NCBI GenBank assembly: GCA_964441065.1
Contig: CAYTWD010000001.1
Span: forward strand, 73,285 to 137,284
Length of the DNA stretch: 64,000 nucleotides
Direction: 5' to 3'
Origin: an uncultured Candidatus Peribacteria bacterium
GTDB taxonomy: Bacteria; Patescibacteriota; Gracilibacteria; UBA1369; 2-02-FULL-48-14
Part shown: positions 54,390 through 63,938 of the stretch, piece after piece
Layout: every line of letters starts with the position of its first letter
Numbering within the stretch: the first letter of the stretch is position 1
The notes under the pieces: generated by a model
The model's database searches: none
What the model saw: the letters and a program-made list of their open reading frames with translations, nothing else
What the model was told of the DNA's origin: nothing
Made by a program: the position numbers and the translations under genes

Positions 54390-55658
54390 ATGAAAGTTTT
54401 ACTACTTGCGGCAGGCAGAAGCAAAAGAGCAAAACCGATAGAAGACAAAAATTTTCTTCGATTCTGCGGGAAATATTTAATTAAACATCAACTTGAAGCT
54501 TTAAAATCAGCCGGTTTTGAAGACATAATTGTGATTGGAGGCGCGCACAATTTGGAAAAACTTTCAAAAGTGGCTGAGAAATATAATACAAAAGTTGTTG
54601 AACAGAAAAATTTGGAGGAAGGTATGGCTGGCGCGATTTTGTCTGTTGAGGATTTGGTTGATAATGAAGATTTGTTTATTGTAAGCGGAAATGACGTGGT
54701 TGATGACAGCGCTTACGAAGCAATGAAAAATGTTTCCGGTGCCGATTCTTATTTGTTGGCTTATCAAGTTTCTGAATATTTTCCTGGCGGTTATTTAAAA
54801 ATCGATTCAGAAATAATTACCGGAATTATTGAGAAGCCCGGAGCAGGAAACGAGCCCTCGAATTTAGTGAACTTGGTTCTGCATTTACACAAAAACCCCA
54901 AAAGATTATTTGAAGTTTTGAAAGAAGTATCTTCTGAAAAAGACGATAGGTATGAACTTGCTTTGGATGCCTTGATGGGAGAAAGAAAATTTGTAGCTGT
55001 TCCATATAATGGGTTCTGGCAGGCTTTAAAATTCCCACAACATGTTTTGAACTTGAATAAATTTTTCTTATCTAAATTGGAATACTCCGTTGCAAGCGAT
55101 GCGGAAATTTCCAAAACCGCGGTAATTAATGGCAATGTTGTAATTGAAAGTGGCGTCAAGATTTTTGATCACGCGGTAATTCAAGGCCCAGCGTACATTG
55201 GAAAAGATTCCATTGTTGGAAATAACGCCTTGCTTAGGGAATCTTCCATTGGAAAACGCTGCGTTATCGGTTTTAACACCGAAGTCGCTCGTTCCTATGT
55301 TGGCGATGATACTTGGTTTCACTCAAATTACATTGGAGACAGCGTGATTGGAAATAATTGTGGATTTGGCGCGGGAGCGATTTGTGCGAATTTGCGCTTG
55401 GATGAAAAAGAAATAGGTGAAACTAAAATGAATAAATTAGGTGCGGTTTTAGGCGATAATATTAGAATCGGCGTTAATACAAGTTTGATGCCGGGAATTA
55501 AAATCGGATCGAATACAATGATTACTTCAGGTTTGGTTATTACCCAGGATATTGAAACCGACAAATACGTTAGTGGTAAAACGGAACTAAAAATTGACGA
55601 TAATAAAGCCACTATTGACCCAGAGGCCAGAAACGCTATGATGCGTAAGCTTAAATAA
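54390..55658 (+). CDS. Sugar-phosphate nucleotidyltransferase fused to a left-handed beta-helix (hexapeptide) domain (GlmU / G1P-nucleotidyltransferase-like)
   Basis: 422 aa. N-terminal VLLLAAGRSKRAKP (G-x-G-x-R). The C-terminal half has hexapeptide repeats (IGKDSIVGNNALLRESSIGKRCVIGFNTEV...). Confidence 0.7.
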   Translation: MKVLLLAAGRSKRAKPIEDKNFLRFCGKYLIKHQLEALKSAGFEDIIVIGGAHNLEKLSKVAEKYNTKVVEQKNLEEGMAGAILSVEDLVDNEDLFIVSGNDVVDDSAYEAMKNVSGADSYLLAYQVSEYFPGGYLKIDSEIITGIIEKPGAGNEPSNLVNLVLHLHKNPKRLFEVLKEVSSEKDDRYELALDALMGERKFVAVPYNGFWQALKFPQHVLNLNKFFLSKLEYSVASDAEISKTAVINGNVVIESGVKIFDHAVIQGPAYIGKDSIVGNNALLRESSIGKRCVIGFNTEVARSYVGDDTWFHSNYIGDSVIGNNCGFGAGAICANLRLDEKEIGETKMNKLGAVLGDNIRIGVNTSLMPGIKIGSNTMITSGLVITQDIETDKYVSGKTELKIDDNKATIDPEARNAMMRKLK

Positions 55659-55664
55659 GAAAAT

Positions 55665-56342
55665 ATGAAAAAATCAATTGCAGCAATAGGGCTTTTATCA
55701 CTACTTTTGACATCTTGCGGCGGTCAAAAATATGAAGCTAGCGCGCAAGCTTACGAAATCCTTCCGGCGGACGATGCAACAGGTTGGCCTGTTGTTAAAA
55801 TGAATTCCGTTTTGAGCGAAAATTTGTACTTTAAAATGCGTTATGATCCAAAAGGTTGGGAGATTAAAGATTCAAATGGGAAATACATCACAAATTTATA
55901 TTTTAGAGACGTTAATTATAAAGGTGATGCCTGTGTGGTTTTACCGGGAACAAAAGGTTACAAACTTGAAAAAGAATATTCGGTTTCTCAATGGGCTTAT
56001 AAGAGCGATCGAACTTCAGGAATTGATTATGAATTCAAAAATCCCGTAACAGGAATTATTGAAATGCGAGTTTTTGAAACTGCAAGTAACGGGGAAGCGC
56101 TTCCATCTGCATTATTTGAATTACACTTGCCAACAGACGGCCAAGATCAAGCAAAATGTTATGACGATTATCAACAGTTAATTGGTACTTACTCTTTTGA
56201 TCATTACGACGGAACGCCGGAAGAACTAAAGGCGATTTTGCAAAATCTCGAAGAAATAAAAAAGCAAAATGAGGAAGCTGAAAAAGCAAAGGAACTTGAA
56301 CAATTCATTCCAAAAACCGATACTGGATCTACTGCGAACTAG
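55665..56342 (+). CDS. Lipoprotein, function unknown
   Basis: 225 aa. Lipobox: MKKSIAAIGLLSLLLTSCGG. Confidence 0.6.
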   Translation: MKKSIAAIGLLSLLLTSCGGQKYEASAQAYEILPADDATGWPVVKMNSVLSENLYFKMRYDPKGWEIKDSNGKYITNLYFRDVNYKGDACVVLPGTKGYKLEKEYSVSQWAYKSDRTSGIDYEFKNPVTGIIEMRVFETASNGEALPSALFELHLPTDGQDQAKCYDDYQQLIGTYSFDHYDGTPEELKAILQNLEEIKKQNEEAEKAKELEQFIPKTDTGSTAN

Positions 56343-56614
56343 AACTCAAACTCAACATCTCCGTTGACTTTGCACTGGCAACCCAGTCTTTGTTCAGGGC
56401 TCGCGCTTCTAATTGAAAGTGTAGCCTCTTCTTGCTCAGTTCTCGGGCTTAAGTTTTCCATTCCGGAGTTGATTTGAATCAAACAAGTAGAACAAATTCC
56501 ATCTTCACAACCAAAAGGAATTCCAAGATTATTTTGAGTCGCTACATCTTTTAATTTTGCTCCGGCCTCACATTCCACTGATATTGAAAGACTTTTATTT
56601 GTTACTTTTGGCAT
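56339..56614 (-). CDS. 2Fe-2S ferredoxin
   Basis: 91 aa. CEDGICSTC followed by ...LGCQC gives the spacing C-x4-C-x2-C...C. Confidence 0.7.
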   Translation of the reverse strand: MPKVTNKSLSISVECEAGAKLKDVATQNNLGIPFGCEDGICSTCLIQINSGMENLSPRTEQEEATLSIRSASPEQRLGCQCKVNGDVEFEF

Positions 56615-56615
56615 A

Positions 56616-57485
56616 TTATAAATATGAATTAATGATTGGATCTATGTCTATATTTTCAATTAAATGGTCTACCAGCGGCTTATCTTTTAACATTAAAAGT
56701 TCTTCTTCATAAAGCCAACGATCTTCTTTGTAATAAACTCCAACCGGAATTTTTTCACCCCATTCTTCGGTTAATTTGAAGGCAGCCATTCTATCTGTCG
56801 GATCGTGATTTTCAGCATCCAGCTTATGAATTCTCTGTTGATACCATTGATAAGTATTTACTTTATTGAAAGTCACACAAGGTTGCAAAACATCGATTAG
56901 TGAAAATCCTTTATGTTGGATTCCTTCGATTATTAATTTTTTGAGATACATAATATCTCCGGCATAACCGCGCGCGATAAATGTCGCACCTGCGGAAAGA
57001 GCCAAGGAAAGTGGACGAATCGGTACTTCAATAACTCCTTCCGGTGTCGATTTTGTTTTAAAACCGTGATCGCTGGTAGGTGAAGTTTGCCCCTTAGTTA
57101 AGCCGTAAACTTGGTTATTTTGCACAATATAAGTCACATTGTAATTTCTTCGCGAAGAGTGAATTAAATGCGCGACTCCAATTCCGTAACCGTCGCCGTC
57201 TCCACCAATAATTATCACATTCATTTTGTGATTTGCCATTTTCATTGCGGTTGCGACGGGCAGCGCTCGGCCGTGCAATGAGTGAAATCCATAAACTTTC
57301 ACGAGGTGAGGAGTTTGAGATCCGCATCCGATTCCGGAAACAATCATTGTTTCTTCGGGATTTATTTTCAGTTCAAACAGTGCTTGTTTTAAAGCCACAA
57401 GAATTCCAAAATCACCACAACCGGGGCACCAATTACATTTGGAACCCGTGTCTAAATCCGTTAATAATTTTAAATTGTTTGACAT
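56616..57485 (-). CDS. 2-oxoacid:ferredoxin oxidoreductase, beta (TPP-binding) subunit
   Basis: 289 aa. NWCPGCGDFGIL and GGDGDGYGIG are present. Confidence 0.85.
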   Translation of the reverse strand: MSNNLKLLTDLDTGSKCNWCPGCGDFGILVALKQALFELKINPEETMIVSGIGCGSQTPHLVKVYGFHSLHGRALPVATAMKMANHKMNVIIIGGDGDGYGIGVAHLIHSSRRNYNVTYIVQNNQVYGLTKGQTSPTSDHGFKTKSTPEGVIEVPIRPLSLALSAGATFIARGYAGDIMYLKKLIIEGIQHKGFSLIDVLQPCVTFNKVNTYQWYQQRIHKLDAENHDPTDRMAAFKLTEEWGEKIPVGVYYKEDRWLYEEELLMLKDKPLVDHLIENIDIDPIINSYL

Positions 57486-59233
57486 ATTTTTTCTAAAATT
57501 TGTGCAGGATGAATTGGACGACCGTCGTAACGTAATAATTTATCCTGAATTAAAATACCAGTGTTTTGAGCAATTACACCGCCCATTTGCGAATCGAAAT
57601 TTGTTTCTAACATTAAAACTTTCTTAGCTCCATTCAAAATCTTTTTAACTTCCTCGGTTGGGAATGGCAAGACGCATTTTATCTGCAAGAAATTAACTTT
57701 TTTACCATGTTCTTCAGCCAAATCCAGAGCCTCCAAAATTGGTCCTTTTGTTGAGCCCCAACTCACGATTGTTAAATCGGCATCAACTGCACCGTGCAAC
57801 TGGATCATATCAATTTCTTTCAAAGATTCTCGCCTAAGAGTCTGCAATTTCCTGTCTCTTTTTTCCACCATTTTATTTCGATTTTCCGCGCCTTCATCCA
57901 AGTCACCCGTTTCATTGTGTTCGTCTGTTGAAACTGCATAAACACAATTTGGAGTTCCGGGAACCGCTCGTTTTGAAACACCACTTTCCGTGAATTCAAA
58001 GCGCTTATATGAACCATCCGGGATTTTCTCAGCCTCCGCTCGACTAATTAAAAGCCCACGATCCGGTTTGTAATTTTTATGATCAAAAGGAACTGTTGTC
58101 ATCACGGATTCCCCCAAATATTTATCGGTAATTATCATGCAAAGCATCTGATATTTCTCAGCCAAATCGAAAGCTTTTATTGTCATGTTGTAGCACTCAT
58201 CAACGTCACCTGGCGCAAACAAAACGCGTGGGAATTCGCCTTGTGAAGCGTGCATAACAAAGCGTAAATCCGCTTGGTCCGTCCATGTTGGCAAACCTGT
58301 TGAGGGGCCGGGTCGCATTCCTTCAACAACAACCAAAGGAGTCTCGGTAATTCCCGCCATTCCCAAAGCCTCAGTCATCAAAGCAAAACCTCCACCTGAG
58401 GTAGCGGTCATACTTCGCACTCCCATGTGAGCCGCGCCAATCGCCATATTCACGGCCGCGATTTCATCTTCGCTATGTTTCATCACAATTCCGTATTTCA
58501 CTCCGTATTTCGCAATCATCAACATTACCGAAGTTACCGGCGTCATTGGATAAGCCGCCATAAATTTCACACCCGCTTTAATCGCTCCAATCGCGATCGC
58601 CTCATTTCCGGAAAGCACAATTTTGGTTGTCGCGCCCGCAATCGGCTTAATATTTTCACCAATTTTCACTTTGTCTCCAAAGTTCGCAATCGCATAATCA
58701 TAACCTGTTCGCGCAACTTTCACGTTGTAATCCACAACCTCCTGCCCCTTCCTTCCAAAAGTATCAGCCAAAACTTTTTCCAAATATTTAAAGTCATATT
58801 TCATCATTCCAAAAGATGCGCCAAGAGCAACAGTATTTCTCATCAAAGCCTGCGCTCCTAACTCCTTAGTAATTTTCCCAAGCGGCACTGAGGCGTACAA
58901 AACATCCTCACGCTTTTCGCTCAAAATCACATTTTCTCCGTCGTAAATAATCACTCCACCCGGATTCATTTCATTCACATGCAAATCAACAGTCTCTTTA
59001 TTCAAAGCCAAAAGCATATCAACTTTATCACTGTGAGAATGCACAGGATTGCTACCAACTCGCACCATCGCGGTGTTGTGTCCGCCACGAATCAAAGACG
59101 GATATTCAACGTAACCAAAGGCATACAAACCGCTTTGAGTGCAGGCGCGCGAGAACATTTGACCCATCGTGGTGATTCCGTATCCGGCCTCGCCACCCAC
59201 CATCCAAGTGAAATGATTATGTTTTGTTGTCAT
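57470..59233 (-). CDS. 2-oxoacid:ferredoxin oxidoreductase, fused gamma-alpha subunit
   Basis: The protein reads MTTKHNHFTWMVGGEAGYGI... AYPMTPVTS. I chose the start at 59233 because it forms an ATGA junction with the upstream ferredoxin stop. The ORF track extends to 59287. Confidence 0.85.
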   Translation of the reverse strand: MTTKHNHFTWMVGGEAGYGITTMGQMFSRACTQSGLYAFGYVEYPSLIRGGHNTAMVRVGSNPVHSHSDKVDMLLALNKETVDLHVNEMNPGGVIIYDGENVILSEKREDVLYASVPLGKITKELGAQALMRNTVALGASFGMMKYDFKYLEKVLADTFGRKGQEVVDYNVKVARTGYDYAIANFGDKVKIGENIKPIAGATTKIVLSGNEAIAIGAIKAGVKFMAAYPMTPVTSVMLMIAKYGVKYGIVMKHSEDEIAAVNMAIGAAHMGVRSMTATSGGGFALMTEALGMAGITETPLVVVEGMRPGPSTGLPTWTDQADLRFVMHASQGEFPRVLFAPGDVDECYNMTIKAFDLAEKYQMLCMIITDKYLGESVMTTVPFDHKNYKPDRGLLISRAEAEKIPDGSYKRFEFTESGVSKRAVPGTPNCVYAVSTDEHNETGDLDEGAENRNKMVEKRDRKLQTLRRESLKEIDMIQLHGAVDADLTIVSWGSTKGPILEALDLAEEHGKKVNFLQIKCVLPFPTEEVKKILNGAKKVLMLETNFDSQMGGVIAQNTGILIQDKLLRYDGRPIHPAQILEKICQTI

Positions 59234-59481
59234 ATTAGTTGCTTCCCAGATCCAATTTGAATCAAATGTATTACGTTTACGGGGCAAGATTCAGCCGCCG
59301 CCATGTTGAGATCGAAGTCAGAATCGGAAATATCCAGTTCCTCCCAGCCGTCAGCTCCCATTTGAGAACCTATTATATCAGATTTTCCGTCCATTGCACT
59401 CATTGTCCAAAAATTCGGCGCGATATTCGCGCAGGCGTTACAACCAATACAGTCCGGCCTGTTATGTCTGATTTTATACAT
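59230..59481 (-). CDS. Small single-cluster (4Fe-4S / 3Fe-4S type) ferredoxin
   Basis: 83 aa. CIGCNACANIAP is followed by a distal ..AAESCPV. Confidence 0.65.
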   Translation of the reverse strand: MYKIRHNRPDCIGCNACANIAPNFWTMSAMDGKSDIIGSQMGADGWEELDISDSDFDLNMAAAESCPVNVIHLIQIGSGKQLI

Positions 59482-59489
59482 CCCGCATA

Positions 59490-60077
59490 TTATAAATGCC
59501 TTTTCCTCGATAGCAACCTTATCGCCTCAGGATAATATTTTTTCTCAAGAGCCTGAACTTTCTCTTTCAAACTTTCGCCAGTTTCACCTTCTTCAATCGC
59601 GACTTTCTTTTGGATTAAAATCTCTCCTCCATCAACTTCTGCAGTCACAAAATGAATCGTCATTCCACTTTCTTTTTCACCCGCGGCAATCACCGCAGAA
59701 TGCACATTTTGCCCATAAAAACCTTTCCCACCATATTTTGGAAGAAGCGCCGGATGCACATTTATAATTTTTCCTTCATATTTTTTCACAAATCCCGGAG
59801 TCAAAATCTTCATGTAACCAATTAAACAAACTAAATCTACTTCGCCCACAGCCGCCGCCAACTCCTCATCATATTCTTCTTTACTTTTACCGTTTGGATC
59901 AACAAAAACCGCCTTCACGCCATGCGTTCTCGCCTTCTCAAGCGCTCCGCAATTTTCCACATTACTAACAACCACCGCAACTTCCACATCCGGTAAAAGC
60001 CCCGCCTCCATTTCATCAAAAATAGCCTGTAAATCCGTGCCGCGAGTTGATGCTAATATTGCAATTTTATAAGTCAT
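59490..60077 (-). CDS. purN: Phosphoribosylglycinamide formyltransferase
   Basis: 195 aa. IAILASTRGTDLQAI, NVHPALLPKYGG and the HFVTAEVDGGEI motifs are present. Confidence 0.9.
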   Translation of the reverse strand: MTYKIAILASTRGTDLQAIFDEMEAGLLPDVEVAVVVSNVENCGALEKARTHGVKAVFVDPNGKSKEEYDEELAAAVGEVDLVCLIGYMKILTPGFVKKYEGKIINVHPALLPKYGGKGFYGQNVHSAVIAAGEKESGMTIHFVTAEVDGGEILIQKKVAIEEGETGESLKEKVQALEKKYYPEAIRLLSRKRHL

Positions 60078-60333
60078 AAATATCTTTTCTATGTTTAATT
60101 CTTAAAATCATTAGGATTTGAATATTACCAGAATTATCTATTTGAAAAATAGCCCGATAGTCACCAATGCGAAATCGGAACTTACTACCCAAACCCGTCA
60201 ATGATTTACAGAAAGGTTTTATATCCTTTTGTAGCGCAAAAAAATCTATTTTCTTTGCTATTCTCTGAGCAACGATGCGGTCAAGTTTCAGTAAGTCTTC
60301 TGCAGCCGTCTTGGTGTATGAAATTTTATACAT
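60067..60333 (-). CDS. RelE/ParE-family type II toxin
   Basis: 88 aa. FRFRIGDYRAIFQIDNSGNIQILMILRIKHRKDIY is the classic RelE/ParE C-terminal pattern. Confidence 0.8.
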   Translation of the reverse strand: MYKISYTKTAAEDLLKLDRIVAQRIAKKIDFFALQKDIKPFCKSLTGLGSKFRFRIGDYRAIFQIDNSGNIQILMILRIKHRKDIYDL

Positions 60334-60334
60334 A

Positions 60335-60583
60335 CTATTTTAAGCCCAACATTTCCATCATTTCTTCTTGAGTGTATACCCTGCCAGCTCTAACATCTGC
60401 CTCCGCCACCTCAAGTTCGGCAGATAGTCTTTCCATGGCAAACTTTTTTTCATCAATAGGGGTAAGCTCAAAAACAGGTATGTTTTTTCGTAAAACAATA
60501 TATTTCACGCCTTTCTTAGACTTCTTGGCGTAGCTTGCCATGTTGTCTCTGAAATCTTTCATTCCTACGAATTTAGTTACCAT
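60335..60583 (-). CDS. Cognate antitoxin (Phd/YefM-like N-terminus)
   Basis: 82 aa, ending 1 nt upstream of the toxin start. FRDNMASY.......YIVLRKNIPVFELTPI resembles Phd/YefM. Confidence 0.6.
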   Translation of the reverse strand: MVTKFVGMKDFRDNMASYAKKSKKGVKYIVLRKNIPVFELTPIDEKKFAMERLSAELEVAEADVRAGRVYTQEEMMEMLGLK

Positions 60584-60693
60584 ATTAAGTTTTTAGAGTA
60601 CTTTAAGTGTACATCATAAAACCAAAAAAACAATAGTTGCTGACCCAAGACAAAATAATTGACAGATATATAATAAAATGTTATAAAATAACT

Positions 60694-62172
60694 ATGTTTG
60701 AAGCGGTTTACAAAAAGGATGAAAAGCGCCCAAAAATATTTCCAATAGTTTACTCTGGTTTGGCTACAGGTCTCGCCGCGTATGGATTATATCATTTTAG
60801 TGGTGATCAAATCCTTAAGCGAGAAGTAGAATCCGACATGGAAAGTGGCAAAGTTGAACAACTTTCTGCAGATTTGACAGATTTAAGAGGAAGAATAAGA
60901 AAACAATTGGATGATGGTTTGTTACCTACCGACATTATGGAAGGAGTTGTTAAGATTAATGGTTTAAAAGATAATAAAACGATCAGTGCTTATAAATTAG
61001 ATCAGGATGGTAGTTATGGATATATGAGCGATGGTCATATAATAATTGCAAAACAAAAAGGTGATTATTATTCTGTAATAGAGCGAGATTTAGCTTTAAG
61101 CAATCCCCCATCTTCAACAGAAGTAACTTTTTATTCAATACCTGATGCCAAAAAGGAACCAGATTCAAATGTGTATTCTACAATCGCAGAGCGTATTGAT
61201 GTGGATGCAGTTGAAGTAATAAATCATCAACTGGACGATGAAATACAACAAATTGCAGATGAAATAAAAGAAATTGATACATCTACTCTTCGCAGACAAA
61301 AGTATCAGTATAAAAGACACTCCATGCCGAAAGCACCTGATTCATATGTAAAAACATTTGAAAATTCTTTTGAAAAGTTAAATGGCAAAAGGCACTTCAG
61401 ATATGAAATTTTAGATCCTTCTATGCCAAAGTATCATCGCGATTGGATACAAGATAAATCCGTTTCTTTATCAAAAGCCTTTGCGAATTTGAGTTACGCC
61501 ACCTCAACACAAAGTCCATATCGTTTGGCAGGAAAATTATCCAACATCCAATCCTCTACACTTTTTACTCTAGTTGTAGGTGGTAAAGAGCGTTATTCTT
61601 CAGGCCTTACTTTGGAAAATGAAATTGTGGTTTACAACGGTGAAGCTGTTGAGGCAACGACCTTTCATGAAATTATACACAGTCTTACTTGGCAGAATTA
61701 CAAAGGTGTACGCTGGTCAGTTTATGACGAAGGAAGTACTGAGATATTAAGTAAAATTGGCTATCCTGCAGTTTGTGGTAATTCTTATCCTGAAGATACA
61801 ATCCTTGTCGCCGCATTAGGATCCGAAATGTACATGGCCGCAATCACGGATCTGGATTATTACAAAAAAGTAACTGCGTTAGGATCGAAAAACTCTTCAA
61901 TTAGAGATCTAACCAGAAAATTTGCCAAAAGATGGAATATAAAATCAAATCTTGAAGAATTATATGACGTATTTGAGCCTACTCGTGGACGGCAGTCTAA
62001 TTTCCAAAAAGAGAAGAGGGATAAAGTATATAAACTTCGCGAAGTTATGAAAAGCAATGGAGTAAATTGGGGCGTTTTTTTGGAGGAAATATCTCCAGAA
62101 ACCGGGGAATTTTTATCATCTTGGCTTACACTAAACCCTGACGACTACTGTGGATACAGGTGGAAGCGGTAA
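60694..62172 (+). CDS. Membrane-anchored hypothetical protein with an HExxH motif
   Basis: The ATG at 60694 (MFEAVYKK...) is preferred over the TTG at 60637. It has one transmembrane helix (IFPIVYSGLATGLAAYGLY). TFHEIIHSLTW supplies a possible zinc-metalloprotease HExxH, with no third ligand identified. Confidence 0.5.
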   Translation: MFEAVYKKDEKRPKIFPIVYSGLATGLAAYGLYHFSGDQILKREVESDMESGKVEQLSADLTDLRGRIRKQLDDGLLPTDIMEGVVKINGLKDNKTISAYKLDQDGSYGYMSDGHIIIAKQKGDYYSVIERDLALSNPPSSTEVTFYSIPDAKKEPDSNVYSTIAERIDVDAVEVINHQLDDEIQQIADEIKEIDTSTLRRQKYQYKRHSMPKAPDSYVKTFENSFEKLNGKRHFRYEILDPSMPKYHRDWIQDKSVSLSKAFANLSYATSTQSPYRLAGKLSNIQSSTLFTLVVGGKERYSSGLTLENEIVVYNGEAVEATTFHEIIHSLTWQNYKGVRWSVYDEGSTEILSKIGYPAVCGNSYPEDTILVAALGSEMYMAAITDLDYYKKVTALGSKNSSIRDLTRKFAKRWNIKSNLEELYDVFEPTRGRQSNFQKEKRDKVYKLREVMKSNGVNWGVFLEEISPETGEFLSSWLTLNPDDYCGYRWKR

Positions 62173-62175
62173 GTC

Positions 62176-63105
62176 CTACTTAGAACAAGGATTACTTCCC
62201 AACTGAATCAGACCCATCTTTTTCGCAACTTTTTGACCTGTCGGAGTGACTGCCAAGCCGCCCAAAGCGGTTTCACGGATTTTGGGACTCATCATGTCGC
62301 CAATTGCGCGCATTGCGGAAACAATTTCGTCAAAAGGAACGAAACTTTCAATTCCCATGCAGGCCATATCTGAAGCCGCCATGCTGAAAACCGCGCCAAT
62401 TCCGTTTCGCTTAATACAGGGAACTTCCACAAGTCCGCCAATCGGATCACAGGCGAGTCCAAGCATATTTTTCAAAGCCAATGAAGCGCCGTGAAGCGAA
62501 GTTTCAGGTGATTTGCCGCGAATTTCTGTTAAAGCTGCCGCCGCCATCGCAGTCGCGCTACCAACTTCAGCCTGACATCCGCCCGCCGCTCCGGAAAGCG
62601 TCGCCGTATTCGCAATAATAATTCCAACTCCGGAAGCGGTTAACATCATTTGCACCAATTGTTCTTCGTTTAATTTGAATTTTTCCATCGCGCCGTAAAT
62701 CACACCCGGTATAACTCCCGCCGCGCCAGCCGTGGGGAAGGCCAAAATCACACCCATTCTTGCATTATTTTCTCCTGTTGCAATAGCTCCAAGCATTCCG
62801 CGAACCGCAGTTTCATTTAAAAGTAAACCGTCCTCAACTTTTTTCCAATTTTTAACCGCGCTTGCAAGTAAAGGCGTTGATTTCCCAACCATTCCGCTCG
62901 GGGAAATTTCAGGATTTTTAATTGCCGCGTCGATTCCTTTAAAAATTACTTTCAATCTATCGGAAAGTTTCTTGTAAATTTCTTCTTTTGTACTGCCTGA
63001 CATCTGTATTTCGTAGTTCAAAACCACCTCCCAAATTGGCATTTTGTGTTCCGCGCATCTCGCCAATAATTCCTGACCGTTTCTGAAAACGTATGATGCT
63101 GTCAT
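62176..63105 (-). CDS. sdaAA: L-serine ammonia-lyase (Fe-S dependent), alpha subunit
   Basis: 309 aa. GGCQAEVGSATAMAAA and ACDPIGGLVEVPCIKRN are present. Confidence 0.9.
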   Translation of the reverse strand: MTASYVFRNGQELLARCAEHKMPIWEVVLNYEIQMSGSTKEEIYKKLSDRLKVIFKGIDAAIKNPEISPSGMVGKSTPLLASAVKNWKKVEDGLLLNETAVRGMLGAIATGENNARMGVILAFPTAGAAGVIPGVIYGAMEKFKLNEEQLVQMMLTASGVGIIIANTATLSGAAGGCQAEVGSATAMAAAALTEIRGKSPETSLHGASLALKNMLGLACDPIGGLVEVPCIKRNGIGAVFSMAASDMACMGIESFVPFDEIVSAMRAIGDMMSPKIRETALGGLAVTPTGQKVAKKMGLIQLGSNPCSK

Positions 63106-63788
63106 TGTTCGATTTTGTTAAGAGATCTAACGAAAAGAATTCCCGGCTCCATTTCAAGAGTGAGAATTTCTTCAAGGGATAAACTTTGATCTATACTTAA
63201 AACGCTCAAAACTTTATTTTCTCCGGCCAAATAAGAACTCTGCATATTCACGATCCTAATGCCTTTTTCCCCGAGGAAAGTTGTTGTTTTTGCAAGCATT
63301 CCGGGCATATTTTCATTTTCAACGACAAGCGTGAAATATTGTTCAGCGCTACTTCCGGTCAGATAAATATCAAATCCGTCGATTTGCGAAATTTCAATAT
63401 TCCCGCCGCCGATTGAAGAGCCAATCAAAGTCATCTTTCTTTCCTCATTTTCAAGAGTAATTTTAACGGTATTTGGATGATAACCGCCTCCCAAATCTCC
63501 GGGTTCGAATTCGTATTCAAGATTTTTTTCTTTTGCTACTTCAAATGCGGTTTTAATTCTTTCATCGTTTGGAGGAAATTTCATAATTCCGCCAAGCAGT
63601 GCCTTATCTGTTGAATGACCTTTGTAGACCTCTCCAAAAGAACCGTGCAGTAAAAAGTGCACTTTTGTGGGGGTCGCGTCAAAAATCGCCCTCGCAAACT
63701 GACCAATCCTCGCGGCACCCGCTGTATGGGAACTCGATGGTCCCACCATTACCGGACCCGCAATGTCGAAGACTGAAAAGCTAGTCAT
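63102..63788 (-). CDS. sdaAB: L-serine ammonia-lyase (Fe-S dependent), beta subunit with C-terminal ACT domain
   Basis: 228 aa. FDIAGPVMVGPSSSHTAGAARIG is present. ATGA overlap with the alpha subunit. Confidence 0.9.
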   Translation of the reverse strand: MTSFSVFDIAGPVMVGPSSSHTAGAARIGQFARAIFDATPTKVHFLLHGSFGEVYKGHSTDKALLGGIMKFPPNDERIKTAFEVAKEKNLEYEFEPGDLGGGYHPNTVKITLENEERKMTLIGSSIGGGNIEISQIDGFDIYLTGSSAEQYFTLVVENENMPGMLAKTTTFLGEKGIRIVNMQSSYLAGENKVLSVLSIDQSLSLEEILTLEMEPGILFVRSLNKIEQ

Positions 63789-63910
63789 TTAGGGTTTTAA
63801 TCGCTCAAAGTATAGTTTAAATAAAGAAAAAGTCCATAGTAAGTGCTTTTTGGTCTACCTGTAAAAATATCATTCCAAAATATATTTAACGACTAGTCCA
63901 GTAATATTAG

Positions 63911-63938
63911 TTGCAAAGAAATTAAAGCCGGCTATAAT
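63911..63938 (+). promoter_or_regulatory. Sigma70-like promoter with no ORF behind it inside the window
   Basis: TTGCAA (63911-63916), a 16-nt spacer, then TATAAT (63933-63938). The downstream 60 nt contain the hairpin GATTTC-actaagac-GAAATC but no open frame. Confidence 0.3.

Noticed and set aside
59234-59287. Longer start for the OFOR alpha subunit (MPRKRNTFDSNWIWEATN...)
   Set aside because: It would overlap the ferredoxin gene by 58 nt. The internal ATG at 59233 gives an ATGA stop-start junction, and homology starts there (MTTKHNHFTWMVGGEAGYGI).
60637-60693. TTG start for the HExxH protein
   Set aside because: The ATG at 60694 follows 19 codons later and directly precedes the transmembrane helix. 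The TTG extension reads as AT-rich spacer.
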